The translations under genes and the position numbers were made by a program. From Candidatus Calditenuaceae archaeon HR02 (GTDB lineage Archaea; Thermoproteota; Nitrososphaeria_A; Caldarchaeales; Calditenuaceae), in assembly GCA_002898395.1 (NCBI GenBank), contig BEHE01000003.1, positions 1-64,000 on the forward strand: a DNA stretch of 64,000 nt, written 5' to 3'. Shown in pieces: positions 17,617 through 27,329 of the stretch. How positions within the stretch are numbered: position 1 is the first letter of the stretch; the number at the start of each line of letters is the position of its first letter. The notes beneath the pieces are model-generated. The model saw nothing but the letters and a program-made list of their open reading frames with translations, made no database searches and had not been told where the DNA came from.

Positions 17617-19802
17617 GCCTCCTCGACGAAGTCAGATATCTTCGGCAGCTGGAGCGGCATGCCCTTCCTCTTCCTAATCTCCATGATCACCTTCTCTTTA
17701 ATCGACTCGGGCACCGGCTTCCATGCATGGAACTCAGTACCCCAGAACGCCTTACCCATCGTCGCACCCCTCATGAGCTCAGCTAGGTCAGACGCCTCGG
17801 CAGCGGGAATCTCACCAGATACGACAGAGATGTACTCTGACTGAGCCACGTCAACTATCCTCCCCCTCTTTGAGCCCAGGATAGACGTCACGGCTCCGAT
17901 GAAGTCAGGTGGGACCTTCACCTCGATCTTCAGTATAGGCTCCAGAAGCACCGGGTTGGCCGTTAGTATGCTAGCGTAGATAGCGCGCCAAGTGGCTGGC
18001 GCGATCTGTGCATAACCCCTGTGGACTGGGTCCTCGTGGAGGTCGACATTAACAAGCACAGCCTTAAGGCCTCTCATCCTCTCGCCTGCGAGTGGCCCCT
18101 CCTGAATAACCCTTTGGAACCCTCCAATAATCATCATCCTACTCTCATGCAGGTATTGAGCACCCTTCGTCATGTCAACCAGAATATTGCCACCTGAGTC
18201 GATCATCCATACATTCCTAGCCTCGTCTGCATCCCAGCCATGATCTCTTAGGATCTTCGCAACCTGCTTCCTATCCATCTCGTCGAATAACTCGCCGCGC
18301 CTAATCAGGTCAACGATCGCATCATCGAGCTTCTCTACATAGAAGTATATCTTGTTGTGACGGTTAGGTGACTTACCCTCAAAGACCTTCCCCCTCTGGT
18401 TCACGGACTCCCTGTAAAGGATTATCGGGTTGCCTGCCACAATCTCTAGCCCCGCCTTTTGAATCCAGGTCAGGGCTATCTCCAGGTGCAAAGTACCCAT
18501 CCCACTAATCAGATATTCGCCAGTCTCAGGCCTAACCACCGTCACCAGTGTCGGGTCTTCAATCGTCAGCTTATTCAGGAAGTCGATCAGCTTTGGAAGG
18601 TCTTTGCTGTGCTTAGGCTCTATAGCCACAGTCACAACAGGCTCGGAAACATATTTCAGAGTCTCGAACGGCACTGTCTCGACACCGGCCAGCGTGTCGC
18701 CGGCCCTCGCCTCCTCTATCCCCAGAAGCGCCGGAATATTTCCGGCGGGAAGAGTGTTAACGATCTCCCTGTTGGGGCCCATGTACACCGCGACCTGCTG
18801 GACCCTCGCCTCGATATTCCTACCGACGATCAGGAGTGAATCGCCGTCTGATACAGTCCCGCTGAAGAGTCTCCCGGTCACGACTACTCCTGCGGCTGGG
18901 TCGACCTTAACGTCTGTGACAACCATTACTGGTATCCCCTTCTCGTCACACTCTATCATGTCTTGGCCCACCTCCGAGTCTATCGGACCCTTCCAGATCT
19001 TGGGAATCCTATACTTCTGGGCCTTGTGGGGTGGTGGGTGGTGGTTGATCACCATCTCGAGTATTGCCTCGTGGAGGGGGAAGTTCTCCCGCAGCCAGTC
19101 TATGTTGGAGTCTGCAAAGGCCTTTAATACGTCGCTAAACTTGATCCCCTTCTTCTGGGCCTGCTGAACCGTGAACCCCCACCTATCCTTAGCCGATCCG
19201 AGGGCGATGCTCCCATTCTGGAAACTCACCTTCCACTCTTCGCGCATCCAAGGCTCGCCATACATGTCTATTAGTCGGTTAACCTCTGTCGCAATTCTCA
19301 CAAGTGTCTCCTGAATCTTTTCAGGGGTCAGCTTAAGCTCCTTTATCAGCCTATCAACCTTGTTTATGTAGAGGACTGGCTTGACCCGCTCCGAGAGGGC
19401 CTGTCTGATGACGGTCTCGGTCTGAGTCATCACGCCCTCCACGGCGTCAACAACAACCACCGCGCCGTCAATAGCCCTAAGAGCCCTGGTAACCCTGCCG
19501 CTAAAGTCCACGTGCCCTGGCGTGTCAATCATGTTTATAATATATGGCTTACCGTTCATCTCATAGTAAAGAGATATGTTGGCTGCCTTGATAGTCATCT
19601 GTCTCTGCTGTTCCTCTTCTAGATAGTCTAGGGCTAATGCCCGGCCGGCTAGTTGCGGGCTCAATAGCCCTGCAGCGGCTAATAGCGAGTCGGTAGTCGT
19701 AGTCTTCCCGTGGTCGACATGTGCTATTACGCCTATGTTCCGTATCTGGTCCTTCTGCCTGAGTATGTCCAAGACTTCTGAGATTTTCTTTACTCGGCCC
19801 AC
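17613..19802 (-). CDS. fusA: Translation elongation factor aEF-2
   Basis: AHVDHGKTT, DTPGHVDF, NKVD, diphthamide loop HEDPVHRG. Confidence 0.98.
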   Translation of the reverse strand: MGRVKKISEVLDILRQKDQIRNIGVIAHVDHGKTTTTDSLLAAAGLLSPQLAGRALALDYLEEEQQRQMTIKAANISLYYEMNGKPYIINMIDTPGHVDFSGRVTRALRAIDGAVVVVDAVEGVMTQTETVIRQALSERVKPVLYINKVDRLIKELKLTPEKIQETLVRIATEVNRLIDMYGEPWMREEWKVSFQNGSIALGSAKDRWGFTVQQAQKKGIKFSDVLKAFADSNIDWLRENFPLHEAILEMVINHHPPPHKAQKYRIPKIWKGPIDSEVGQDMIECDEKGIPVMVVTDVKVDPAAGVVVTGRLFSGTVSDGDSLLIVGRNIEARVQQVAVYMGPNREIVNTLPAGNIPALLGIEEARAGDTLAGVETVPFETLKYVSEPVVTVAIEPKHSKDLPKLIDFLNKLTIEDPTLVTVVRPETGEYLISGMGTLHLEIALTWIQKAGLEIVAGNPIILYRESVNQRGKVFEGKSPNRHNKIYFYVEKLDDAIVDLIRRGELFDEMDRKQVAKILRDHGWDADEARNVWMIDSGGNILVDMTKGAQYLHESRMMIIGGFQRVIQEGPLAGERMRGLKAVLVNVDLHEDPVHRGYAQIAPATWRAIYASILTANPVLLEPILKIEVKVPPDFIGAVTSILGSKRGRIVDVAQSEYISVVSGEIPAAEASDLAELMRGATMGKAFWGTEFHAWKPVPESIKEKVIMEIRKRKGMPLQLPKISDFVEEA

Positions 19803-19837
19803 TGTCTCAACACTTCTTTAAGCAACGTGTATTTAAA

Positions 19838-20112
19838 TTAGTGCGTAGTGGCTAGTTCCACGATCGGCTTCGTCTCCACTATCCTAACCTGCGAGATCGG
19901 GATGCCGAGTTCCCTTAGCCTAGCCTCTACGGATCTTACAAGGCCTCTGTTAATCACTCTATCTCGAGGAATCCTTCCTCTTTGGCATCGACGTACACTA
20001 CCCCATCAATCTCCAAGACGTGTCTAGCCCTTTCCCTCAGGTGCTCCGGTGGGGTTGGATTGCCACCGGCTATCACTATATTGGAAGACGCTAAAAGGAC
20101 CAGAAAGAGCAT
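19838..20112 (-). pseudogene. Frameshifted, truncated secreted protein resembling the pro-region of a chymotrypsin-like protease
   Basis: Signal-like MLFLVLLASS...GVVYVDAKEEGFLEI, frameshift near 19955, then VINRGLVRSVEARLRELGIPISQVRIVETKPIVELATTH*. Confidence 0.45.
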
Positions 20113-20338
20113 GCTAACGTCACTCGCATGCCGTTTCTTGTAAACCCATCACATAAATTCGTTCCTACATAAATGCCAGTACTGTCTACTTAGATATTAC
20201 CTTCCTTGTCCTTGTTCACTAGGCTGTCGAGAGAGTCGCTCAATGTAGGGTCATCGTCGATTTCAAACTTCATAAATAAGTAATTTTTAAATAAAAGTTG
20301 ACAATGCCCCGGTGTACGATAGAAGAGCTTAAAGATGT

Positions 20339-20767
20339 TCAAGTGCTAACCTTAGCGGACGTGTAGGATCCATTCATGTTTCGATGGCGCTGAAGGTTAG
20401 ATGATGAATTCATGAGCAATGCTTCAACTGGTTTTAGCCTTTTTTCAACGGGGTCTGGCGCCAAACCCAGTTGCTCCATGGTGACTGAGCCTAGGAGGTA
20501 TACGTCATCTTCTCCGAAGACAGCTGGTGTGGCTGTGGCTCTAAAGCCCTCGATCTCTATCCCAACCTCACCTAGAGGTCTCTCAATAACCCTATTATCA
20601 GCTAGTCTAAGCCTAACAGTCCTTATGCTGACAACTCCAAGCTTTTCTAACACGCTCTGCGGGATCACCGTGTATGTTGAGCCCGTATCAACCAATAGAT
20701 CTACATCAGTTCTCTTCGAAGGTTCTTGGACGTTCCATATAGTTGCTCTAACCCTGAATACTCCCAC
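20339..20767 (-). CDS. Retroviral-like (clan AA) aspartyl protease family protein
   Basis: LVDTGSTYT and LLGSVTMEQLG motifs. Confidence 0.85.
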   Translation of the reverse strand: MGVFRVRATIWNVQEPSKRTDVDLLVDTGSTYTVIPQSVLEKLGVVSIRTVRLRLADNRVIERPLGEVGIEIEGFRATATPAVFGEDDVYLLGSVTMEQLGLAPDPVEKRLKPVEALLMNSSSNLQRHRNMNGSYTSAKVST

Positions 20768-20887
20768 GATCCCCCTTCGGCTCTTTACTTAAGGATCATT
20801 TATAACTTTTCAACATGCAATGCCTTGTGGCCTTGATTCCCTCGGCTCTATTTCCCGCTCTCCGCCGTCGCAGTTCTATCACATAGA

Positions 20888-21157
20888 GTGGGATTCGGTC
20901 TCAGGGTTAAAACCTATGCGAAGGCTGTGGTGTTGCCCCTAATACTGTCGACGCCATTTTGGGTGCTAAAGCTTCCCCCTTTTGTAGGAGTCCCAGCGAT
21001 CCTGACAAACTCCTTCCTATCGTACGCCAAGTTAGGCGTAATTACACGCCGCGACCTAGGAGAGATGGCAGAGGCCCTACTTTCAAAAGACACTGTGATG
21101 AAGATCTATCCATATGTCAGGCCTATACTCAGAATAGCCTATGGGACCGATGGCTGA
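20888..21157 (+). pseudogene. Probable C-terminal fragment of a membrane protein (flippase-like)
   Basis: Two TM segments followed by GVITRRDL; no upstream body. Confidence 0.35.
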
Positions 21158-21299
21158 GAACGAGGCTTGGTGCTCGGTTACGTCTTCCCGGGCCTTTTTC
21201 CATAAAAATCGCTCCTTATCTTACACGTAGGTATAATGGATACTAAGTGTTTCGTCTTTCTATAGTTGGATTTTGGATGTGTTATGGTTTGATGGGTAT

Positions 21300-21760
21300 A
21301 AGCGGTTATCCCTACTACGACAGGAGACATAACAGCCTCAAACCCCTTCAGCAAAGACGGTTGTCAGCAAATCCATCAAAGCCGGGGCCGTGTACAGGAT
21401 AGAATACAGGCTGGAGGCGAAGCCACCCACAGGCTCGACCGGCTCAGGATGGTATAGGCCAAACTCTACAGCTGTGATCAACACACCTAAAGAGGCTCTG
21501 GTAGCCCTCTTCCTAAAGAGGACCCTCTCCCATTATGCTGGGGACTGCGGGGAGAAATGCTTGGACAGCTCGCCGCTGACAGTCAAGACGGACTCACCCA
21601 AGTACATGGAGGCCGTATACGGGTTGAGCTAGACTACCCCTCGATAGCGGTTGTAGGCTCGGTAGCCTCAAGCCCTCTCTAGCCTACTACTTCTCCAGAT
21701 TATCTAGGAAGTCTCCATGGTGGACATGCACCATAATACCGATATTCCTGATGACATCCT
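21300..21760 (+). pseudogene. Fragment of a cell-surface repeat protein
   Basis: EYRLEAKPPTGSTGSGWY beta-repeat motif in ORF 21390-21632; flanking frames are broken. Confidence 0.45.
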
Positions 21761-21912
21761 TCTGGCATAGAACCTCCAGTACTTCACTGGTCTTCTTAAC
21801 TCTCCCAGCTTCAGCCTTGAATTAGTCGCTCAACATATTTAAGCTAAAGTCCAGCGAACAAACTGTGCCATAGGAATAGTAATATGCCGGAGGCCTCAGA
21901 AATGATTTTGAC

Positions 21913-22410
21913 TTGGCGGCAGACATAAGTGTCCGCTTGGCTGAGGAGCGGGATAGAGAGCAAATAATAGACTTGATGGTGAGGGCTAAGAGGCTGAACG
22001 AGGAGTTTGACCCGCTGCTGAAGCTCTCCAGCAGGCTCCAGGAGGTGGTCACAAAATATGTGGAGGAGGCTTTAACCTCGCCGGCCTCTCTCCTCGTTGT
22101 AGCGGAGCGTGGGGGAAGACTGGTGGGGATCCTGAAGGCTGAGATTGTTAACAGGATCTTCTACGACCCACCGCTCGAGGGCATCATAAGGGAGCTGTAT
22201 ATACTGCCAGAGTATAGGAGGAAGGGGGTTGGAAAGATGCTGGTTACAGAGGCGTTCAGAATTCTCCAAGAGCGTGGCGCCGGCCTATTAACGGCCGAGT
22301 TCCCCTCCCTCCACAAGATCGCCGTAGAGTTCTATGAGAAGATGGGGTTCAGGCCTATCTTCAGCAAATACACAATAGAAATTGACAGGGTTAGGACGTC
22401 GCTCGAGTAG
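21913..22410 (+). CDS. GNAT N-acetyltransferase
   Basis: LYILPEYRRKGVGKML and AVEFYEKMGF. Confidence 0.92.
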   Translation: MAADISVRLAEERDREQIIDLMVRAKRLNEEFDPLLKLSSRLQEVVTKYVEEALTSPASLLVVAERGGRLVGILKAEIVNRIFYDPPLEGIIRELYILPEYRRKGVGKMLVTEAFRILQERGAGLLTAEFPSLHKIAVEFYEKMGFRPIFSKYTIEIDRVRTSLE

Positions 22411-22413
22411 TAG

Positions 22414-23382
22414 GTGCAGCGGTGGTTTGTATTGAGTGCTATAGCGTGTGAGGGCCTGAGAAAATATTATAGGGTTAAGGTTAGGAGGAGTTTTTTCAAC
22501 CGCATAGACTCTGTCATTAAGGCGCTTGACGATGTTAGCCTCGAGGTGGAGAAGGGGGTTGTTTTCAGTCTGGTGGGCCCTAACGGTGCCGGCAAGACGA
22601 CGATGGTGAAGATTCTGTCAACGCTCCTCATACCTGATGCAGGGTGGGCGAGGGTCGGCGGCTACGACGTGGTCAAGCAAGCGGGTCGGGTTAGAAGGAT
22701 TATCGGGCTTGTATTGGCCCCTGATAAGGGCTTCTACACGAGGCTAACCGGGCTGGAGAACCTAGTCTACTATGGTAGACTCTATGGCCTCTCAAAGGGT
22801 GAGGCTACTAGGAAGGCCAAGGAGCTGTTGGAGCTCACGGGGCTTGGGGAGGATGGGATGAGGCTATTCGAGGAATATAGCCTGGGCATGCGCGCCAAGC
22901 TCAGCATAGCCAAGGCCCTAATCAATGATCCTGAGATAGTGTTCCTCGACGAGCCCACAATAGGGCTGGACCCACTCTCAGCCAGAAGGATCAGGAATCT
23001 AATCAAGGACCTAGCAGCCGGGGGGATGACGGTATTCATGACGAGCCACAATATGTGGGAGGTGGAGAACCTCAGCAACACCGTCGCGGTCATAAAGAGT
23101 GGGAGTATCGTGGCTAAAGGCTCACCCGCTGAGTTGAAGGAGAAGCTAAAGCTAAGCTATAGAGTCGAGGTCGAGGTAATCGCCGAGAGTTTTCCCGATA
23201 CAAGACTGCCAGTCACTATGGGGGAGAGAGGCTACCCTGTAGTAACCGTGACGACGAACAGGCCAAGTGAAGACCTAGTCAAAGTCATAGACGAGATGAG
23301 GGGTAAGGGATATTCGATTGGGATGGTCCGGGTGCAGGAGCCCAGCCTGGAGGAAGTGCTTACACAGGTGTTGTCGAGTTGA
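22414..23382 (+). CDS. ABC-2 exporter ATP-binding protein
   Basis: GPNGAGKT, YSLGM, FLDEPT. True start may be TTG 22432. Confidence 0.92.
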   Translation: MQRWFVLSAIACEGLRKYYRVKVRRSFFNRIDSVIKALDDVSLEVEKGVVFSLVGPNGAGKTTMVKILSTLLIPDAGWARVGGYDVVKQAGRVRRIIGLVLAPDKGFYTRLTGLENLVYYGRLYGLSKGEATRKAKELLELTGLGEDGMRLFEEYSLGMRAKLSIAKALINDPEIVFLDEPTIGLDPLSARRIRNLIKDLAAGGMTVFMTSHNMWEVENLSNTVAVIKSGSIVAKGSPAELKEKLKLSYRVEVEVIAESFPDTRLPVTMGERGYPVVTVTTNRPSEDLVKVIDEMRGKGYSIGMVRVQEPSLEEVLTQVLSS

Positions 23383-24155
23383 GGGCTCTGAACCAGCTTG
23401 CAGGAATAGTGGAGGCGGAGTTTAAAGCACTCATAAGGGAGGCTGGCGTCTTCATATTCGTTGTCTTCTTCCCATTCATGATATCCCTCCTAACATACGG
23501 TGCAGGCCAAGCCCTAACGGGTGGCGCTGCCTCTCCGACACAGTGGTTCTACCAGTTGATAGGTTTCACAATCATGATGATAGCGCTCACTATGAGCAGC
23601 TCTTCGGCATGGTACTTTAGAAGGGGTATGATGACTGGCAGGCTAGAGTATATCTTAGCTGCGCCTATAAGCCCGCTAACGGCTGTGCTCTCCTCAGCCC
23701 TCACAAACACGATCTTCAACATAGCCTACTTCATAGTCGTGGCAGCGATAGGCGTTATAGCGGTCTATGGGGCATATTATCTCGCCAACATTCTAGGCGT
23801 CATCCTGTTCCTAGCCCTAGCCCTGCTCCCCGTCATAGGCTTCAACCTTCTCGTCGGCATATTAACGATATTTTTCCGCGAACCCGAACCCGTAGCCAAC
23901 CTGATCAATGCTATAGTCTCAACCGTTTCAGGCTTCGCCTACCCAATAATCCTGCTACCCAGCTTTCTCCAAATCCTCGGACTGATACTGCCCTACTCAC
24001 ACATAGTTGACGGCGTGAGGGAAATACTCGCAGGCTCTTTCAGACTCGCCCAGCTCTCGCCCCATATCTTCCTCCTAGGCTATTTAATCCTCGGTCTGGC
24101 TGTTTTTAAGGTTGGTGAGGCCGTCTATGTCAGGAAGAGCGGTGTTCACTGGTAG
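23379..24155 (+). CDS. ABC-2 permease
   Basis: Six TM segments; GRLEYILAAP and SGFAYPIILLP. Confidence 0.85.
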   Translation: MRALNQLAGIVEAEFKALIREAGVFIFVVFFPFMISLLTYGAGQALTGGAASPTQWFYQLIGFTIMMIALTMSSSSAWYFRRGMMTGRLEYILAAPISPLTAVLSSALTNTIFNIAYFIVVAAIGVIAVYGAYYLANILGVILFLALALLPVIGFNLLVGILTIFFREPEPVANLINAIVSTVSGFAYPIILLPSFLQILGLILPYSHIVDGVREILAGSFRLAQLSPHIFLLGYLILGLAVFKVGEAVYVRKSGVHW

Positions 24156-24927
24156 AGTATTTGCGGAGCTGGAGAAGGGACTCACAATCTACGCTAGATA
24201 CAAGATATGGCTGTTCTCGGACCTCATCTCCTGGCCCTTCTGGACAATATTCTTCTTCCTCTCATTTCTGATGTATGCCCCCTCTCTCCTCAGCTCACAA
24301 TACCATTTAAACGCATTCACATGGAGTTTCTTCACATTCATACTCGTGTCATCTTTTATGTGGGCGTCGAATTTTCTCGCCACCTCCGCCCAAGCAGGAA
24401 TACTTGAATATGTAATAATCACAGGGTGTAGCATTAGGGAGCATATGCTGGGACGCTCCATTGTCTCTTTCATAGACCTAGCAGTTGGCGGCCCGCTTCT
24501 ACTTCTCATATCGGCGGCCGGTTTTGGGACCAGGCTTTTTGTGGCCTACCCGCATCTAATGTTTGTGGCACTAGTCTTGGCCTCCGCCTTCTTCTACTTC
24601 TTCTCATCTATGCTGGCCGTCTTACTGGTTTCCCTCAGGTCACCTTGGATAATCATTAATGTGGCCCAGTTTATCATACCTTTTACAAGCGGGGCGATAC
24701 CAGTCGAGGTTCTTCCAGCCGAGCTACGTAGCATAATTACATACTCTCCATTCTTCTACATCATCCATCCAATAGTTGCCTCAGCTACCGGCCAATACTT
24801 CCTGCCTCCAGGGCTAGTTTTAACGGTTGGCGGTATTCTCTGCCTCGCAACCTATCTCGCGAGTAGGGTGCTTGAGGACGTGCTGCTGAGGAGAGCTTTG
24901 AGGCACGGGAAATTCACCATCTTCTAG
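24142..24927 (+). CDS. ABC-2 permease
   Basis: Six TM segments; GILEY and SGAIPVEVLP. Start moved to GTG 24142. Confidence 0.85.
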   Translation: MFTGRVFAELEKGLTIYARYKIWLFSDLISWPFWTIFFFLSFLMYAPSLLSSQYHLNAFTWSFFTFILVSSFMWASNFLATSAQAGILEYVIITGCSIREHMLGRSIVSFIDLAVGGPLLLLISAAGFGTRLFVAYPHLMFVALVLASAFFYFFSSMLAVLLVSLRSPWIIINVAQFIIPFTSGAIPVEVLPAELRSIITYSPFFYIIHPIVASATGQYFLPPGLVLTVGGILCLATYLASRVLEDVLLRRALRHGKFTIF

Positions 24928-25800
24928 CTACATCTTCCGGAGTGCTATGTTGGAGAGGTATATTCCTAGAAGTGTTGCTACTGAGGCGAATATGGTGAGG
25001 ATTGATAGGTGCCAAAGCATCGCCTGGCTGTTGAAGGATGCTCCCAGCAGCAGTACCTCCCTCAGAACCTCTATCCCATGTGTAAGCGGATTAATGGCCG
25101 CCACCGTCCTCAGCCACTCAGGCATAAGAGTTACGGGGTATAATGCGCTACTAGTGAACATGAGCGGGAGGGTTAGGAGATTACTTACGGCTATGTGATG
25201 TTCCCACGACTTCAATCTAATAGTGACTGAGATTATGAGCGAGGAGAGGGACGCGCCTAGCAGTGCTAAGGCTAGGACCGCTATGAGGAGCTCAACCAGG
25301 CCTGAGACCCTCAACCTCATCCCCAACGCAAGACCTATAAGCATAACTAGGAGGGACTGAGTAACTCCACGTATGATGGCTGAGATTACCTTGCCGAGGA
25401 TTATAGAACTCCTGCTTATAGGTGCCACGAGTAGTTTGTTTAGAACGCCCAGTCTCCTATCCCATGCAATTGACATACCGCTTGACATGGATGTGAAGAG
25501 CAGTATAACCCCCATCATCCCCACCGCTATATAGGAGAAGAAGTCAATATCGCTGGCCCCGAAAAATCTTGATAGAATCTCATTCATGATTGCGGCGAAT
25601 CTGGCCGTAGACTCGGGTGGAAGCTGCTTGAGAATATCCTCCGGTATCCTGAACATGCCTGTGAGGTTAAACGCCTTCCCGTAGAGGCTCATCCAGAGTA
25701 GGGGCTGGATCGTCGTCATGAATAAAAGTATGGGAGAGCGGTACCACTTCTTTATCTCGCGCGAGGCTATGGCGCTCACCTCGGAGGCTCTGGCTATCAT
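24928..25800 (-). CDS. ABC-2 permease (DrrB-like)
   Basis: DRRLGVLNKLLVAP and PLMFTSSALYP...NPLTH. Confidence 0.9.
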   Translation of the reverse strand: MIARASEVSAIASREIKKWYRSPILLFMTTIQPLLWMSLYGKAFNLTGMFRIPEDILKQLPPESTARFAAIMNEILSRFFGASDIDFFSYIAVGMMGVILLFTSMSSGMSIAWDRRLGVLNKLLVAPISRSSIILGKVISAIIRGVTQSLLVMLIGLALGMRLRVSGLVELLIAVLALALLGASLSSLIISVTIRLKSWEHHIAVSNLLTLPLMFTSSALYPVTLMPEWLRTVAAINPLTHGIEVLREVLLLGASFNSQAMLWHLSILTIFASVATLLGIYLSNIALRKM

Positions 25801-26792
25801 GCCCTCGCCCTCCTTATCGCGATGGTCCTTCTAGCAATTTCCTCCTTAACCCCGTTCTCGTCCCTCAGCTTCCTGCCTGTGAGGCTCAGGAAAACCTCCT
25901 CGAGGCTCGGCTTCTTCATCTCAACACGCCTGACACTCACCCCCTCCCTTATGAGCACTGATATCATCGCAGGCAGTACCTCCTCCCCCCTAACAACCTT
26001 CACCACAGCCCGCTCATTGTCTAGAACCACGTCGACAACACCAGGCAACGTTCTCAACTTCTCTCCAATGGGTCCATTTACTTCCGAGACTTCGAGCTCG
26101 ACCAGGTCTCCGCCTATCGATGATTTTAGGCGGCTTGGTGTATCTATTGCCTTGACCCGCCCATAGTCTATTATGGCGATCCTGTCGCAGAGGTTGTCCG
26201 CCTCGTCCATGTAGTGGGTGGTCATGAATATTGTTACACCCTTCTCCCTGACCAGCGTTCTTATGTAGTTCCATATCGCAGCTCGGGTCTGCACGTCAAG
26301 ACCGAGTGTGGGCTCGTCGAGGAAAAGCACCTTGGGATAGTGTATGAGTGAGCATCCTATCTCAAGCCTCTTCTTCATCCCGCCCGAGTATGACTCGACC
26401 TTCTTGTTGGCGAACCTCTCCAGCTCCAATAGCTCCAGTATCTCCTTCACCCTTCTTCTTGCTTCGTCCCTTGGCACGTGATAGAGCGCCGCATGTAGCA
26501 TCATGTTCTCGTACCCGGTCAACTCGTCGTCTACAGTCAATTCCTGGGGGGAGAGCCCTATGACCTCTCTTACTTTTTCAGGCTCATCGACTATGTCGTA
26601 GCCCCAAACCCTCGCGCTCCCCGCTGTAGGCTTTATGAGTGTTGTCAGCATATTTATTGTCGTTGTTTTACCGGCTCCATTCGGTCCTAGGAATCCGAAG
26701 ATCTCACCCTCTTCCACGGTGAACGATACGTTGTCCACCGCTACGAGTTCTCCGAAAACCTTTCTAAGATTGTGTGCCTCTACAGCAGTCAT
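25797..26792 (-). CDS. ABC exporter ATP-binding protein (DrrA-like)
   Basis: GPNGAGKT, YSGGM, FLDEPT, TTHYMDEA. Confidence 0.93.
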   Translation of the reverse strand: MTAVEAHNLRKVFGELVAVDNVSFTVEEGEIFGFLGPNGAGKTTTINMLTTLIKPTAGSARVWGYDIVDEPEKVREVIGLSPQELTVDDELTGYENMMLHAALYHVPRDEARRRVKEILELLELERFANKKVESYSGGMKKRLEIGCSLIHYPKVLFLDEPTLGLDVQTRAAIWNYIRTLVREKGVTIFMTTHYMDEADNLCDRIAIIDYGRVKAIDTPSRLKSSIGGDLVELEVSEVNGPIGEKLRTLPGVVDVVLDNERAVVKVVRGEEVLPAMISVLIREGVSVRRVEMKKPSLEEVFLSLTGRKLRDENGVKEEIARRTIAIRRARA

Positions 26793-27283
26793 TTTGGTCC
26801 GCCCTCACCTAGGCCCAGAATCTTCCTCCTCGCCTCTTCTAGTATCTTAGAGACCTCGCCCAGCCTCTCAGTGGGGTAGCCGATGTATGCGTGCATGACT
26901 GCGAGACCAAGCCTCCGAGCCGAATCCAAGAGCTCCAACCCCTCGATAGAGGTGGCCCTCTTACACTTCTCATAGAAGGCTGTTAGCTGGTCTCCCCTCT
27001 CGCTGAGAAACCTCAGCCCTTCCTCTGTTATCTTGTATCGCTTCTTCCCATCCGCAAGTGTTTCCGACTCGATGAGTCCTTCATCCTCCAGCCACTGGAG
27101 CGTAGGATATACAGCACCGGGGCTTGGGGTGTACCAGCCCCCAAACATGTCGCGGATGCTTCTTATGACCTCGTAGCCTCGCTTAGGTCCGTCCTTGAGC
27201 GCCTCTAGCACCAGCAGCCTTACATCCCCCCGCCCCATCCACCTGAGCCCCCATAAGGGCGGTAGCCTCCCGAGCCCCCTCAT
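26789..27283 (-). CDS. PadR family transcriptional regulator
   Basis: GYEVI...PSPGAVYPTLQWLEDEGLI...YKITEEG. Confidence 0.93.
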   Translation of the reverse strand: MRGLGRLPPLWGLRWMGRGDVRLLVLEALKDGPKRGYEVIRSIRDMFGGWYTPSPGAVYPTLQWLEDEGLIESETLADGKKRYKITEEGLRFLSERGDQLTAFYEKCKRATSIEGLELLDSARRLGLAVMHAYIGYPTERLGEVSKILEEARRKILGLGEGGPK

Positions 27284-27284
27284 A

Positions 27285-27300
27285 TCACGATATATCGTGA
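27285..27300. promoter_or_regulatory. Putative PadR operator
   Basis: Perfect 16-bp palindrome TCACGATATATCGTGA immediately upstream of the padR ATG; a second CGATATAT copy at 27308 runs into the TATA box. Confidence 0.7.
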
Positions 27301-27329
27301 GCTTATGCGATATATATACTTAACAACCG

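Noticed and set aside
17613-19802. Diphthamide-less EF-2 paralog
   Set aside because: The target His in HEDPVHRG and the GTPase motifs are intact.
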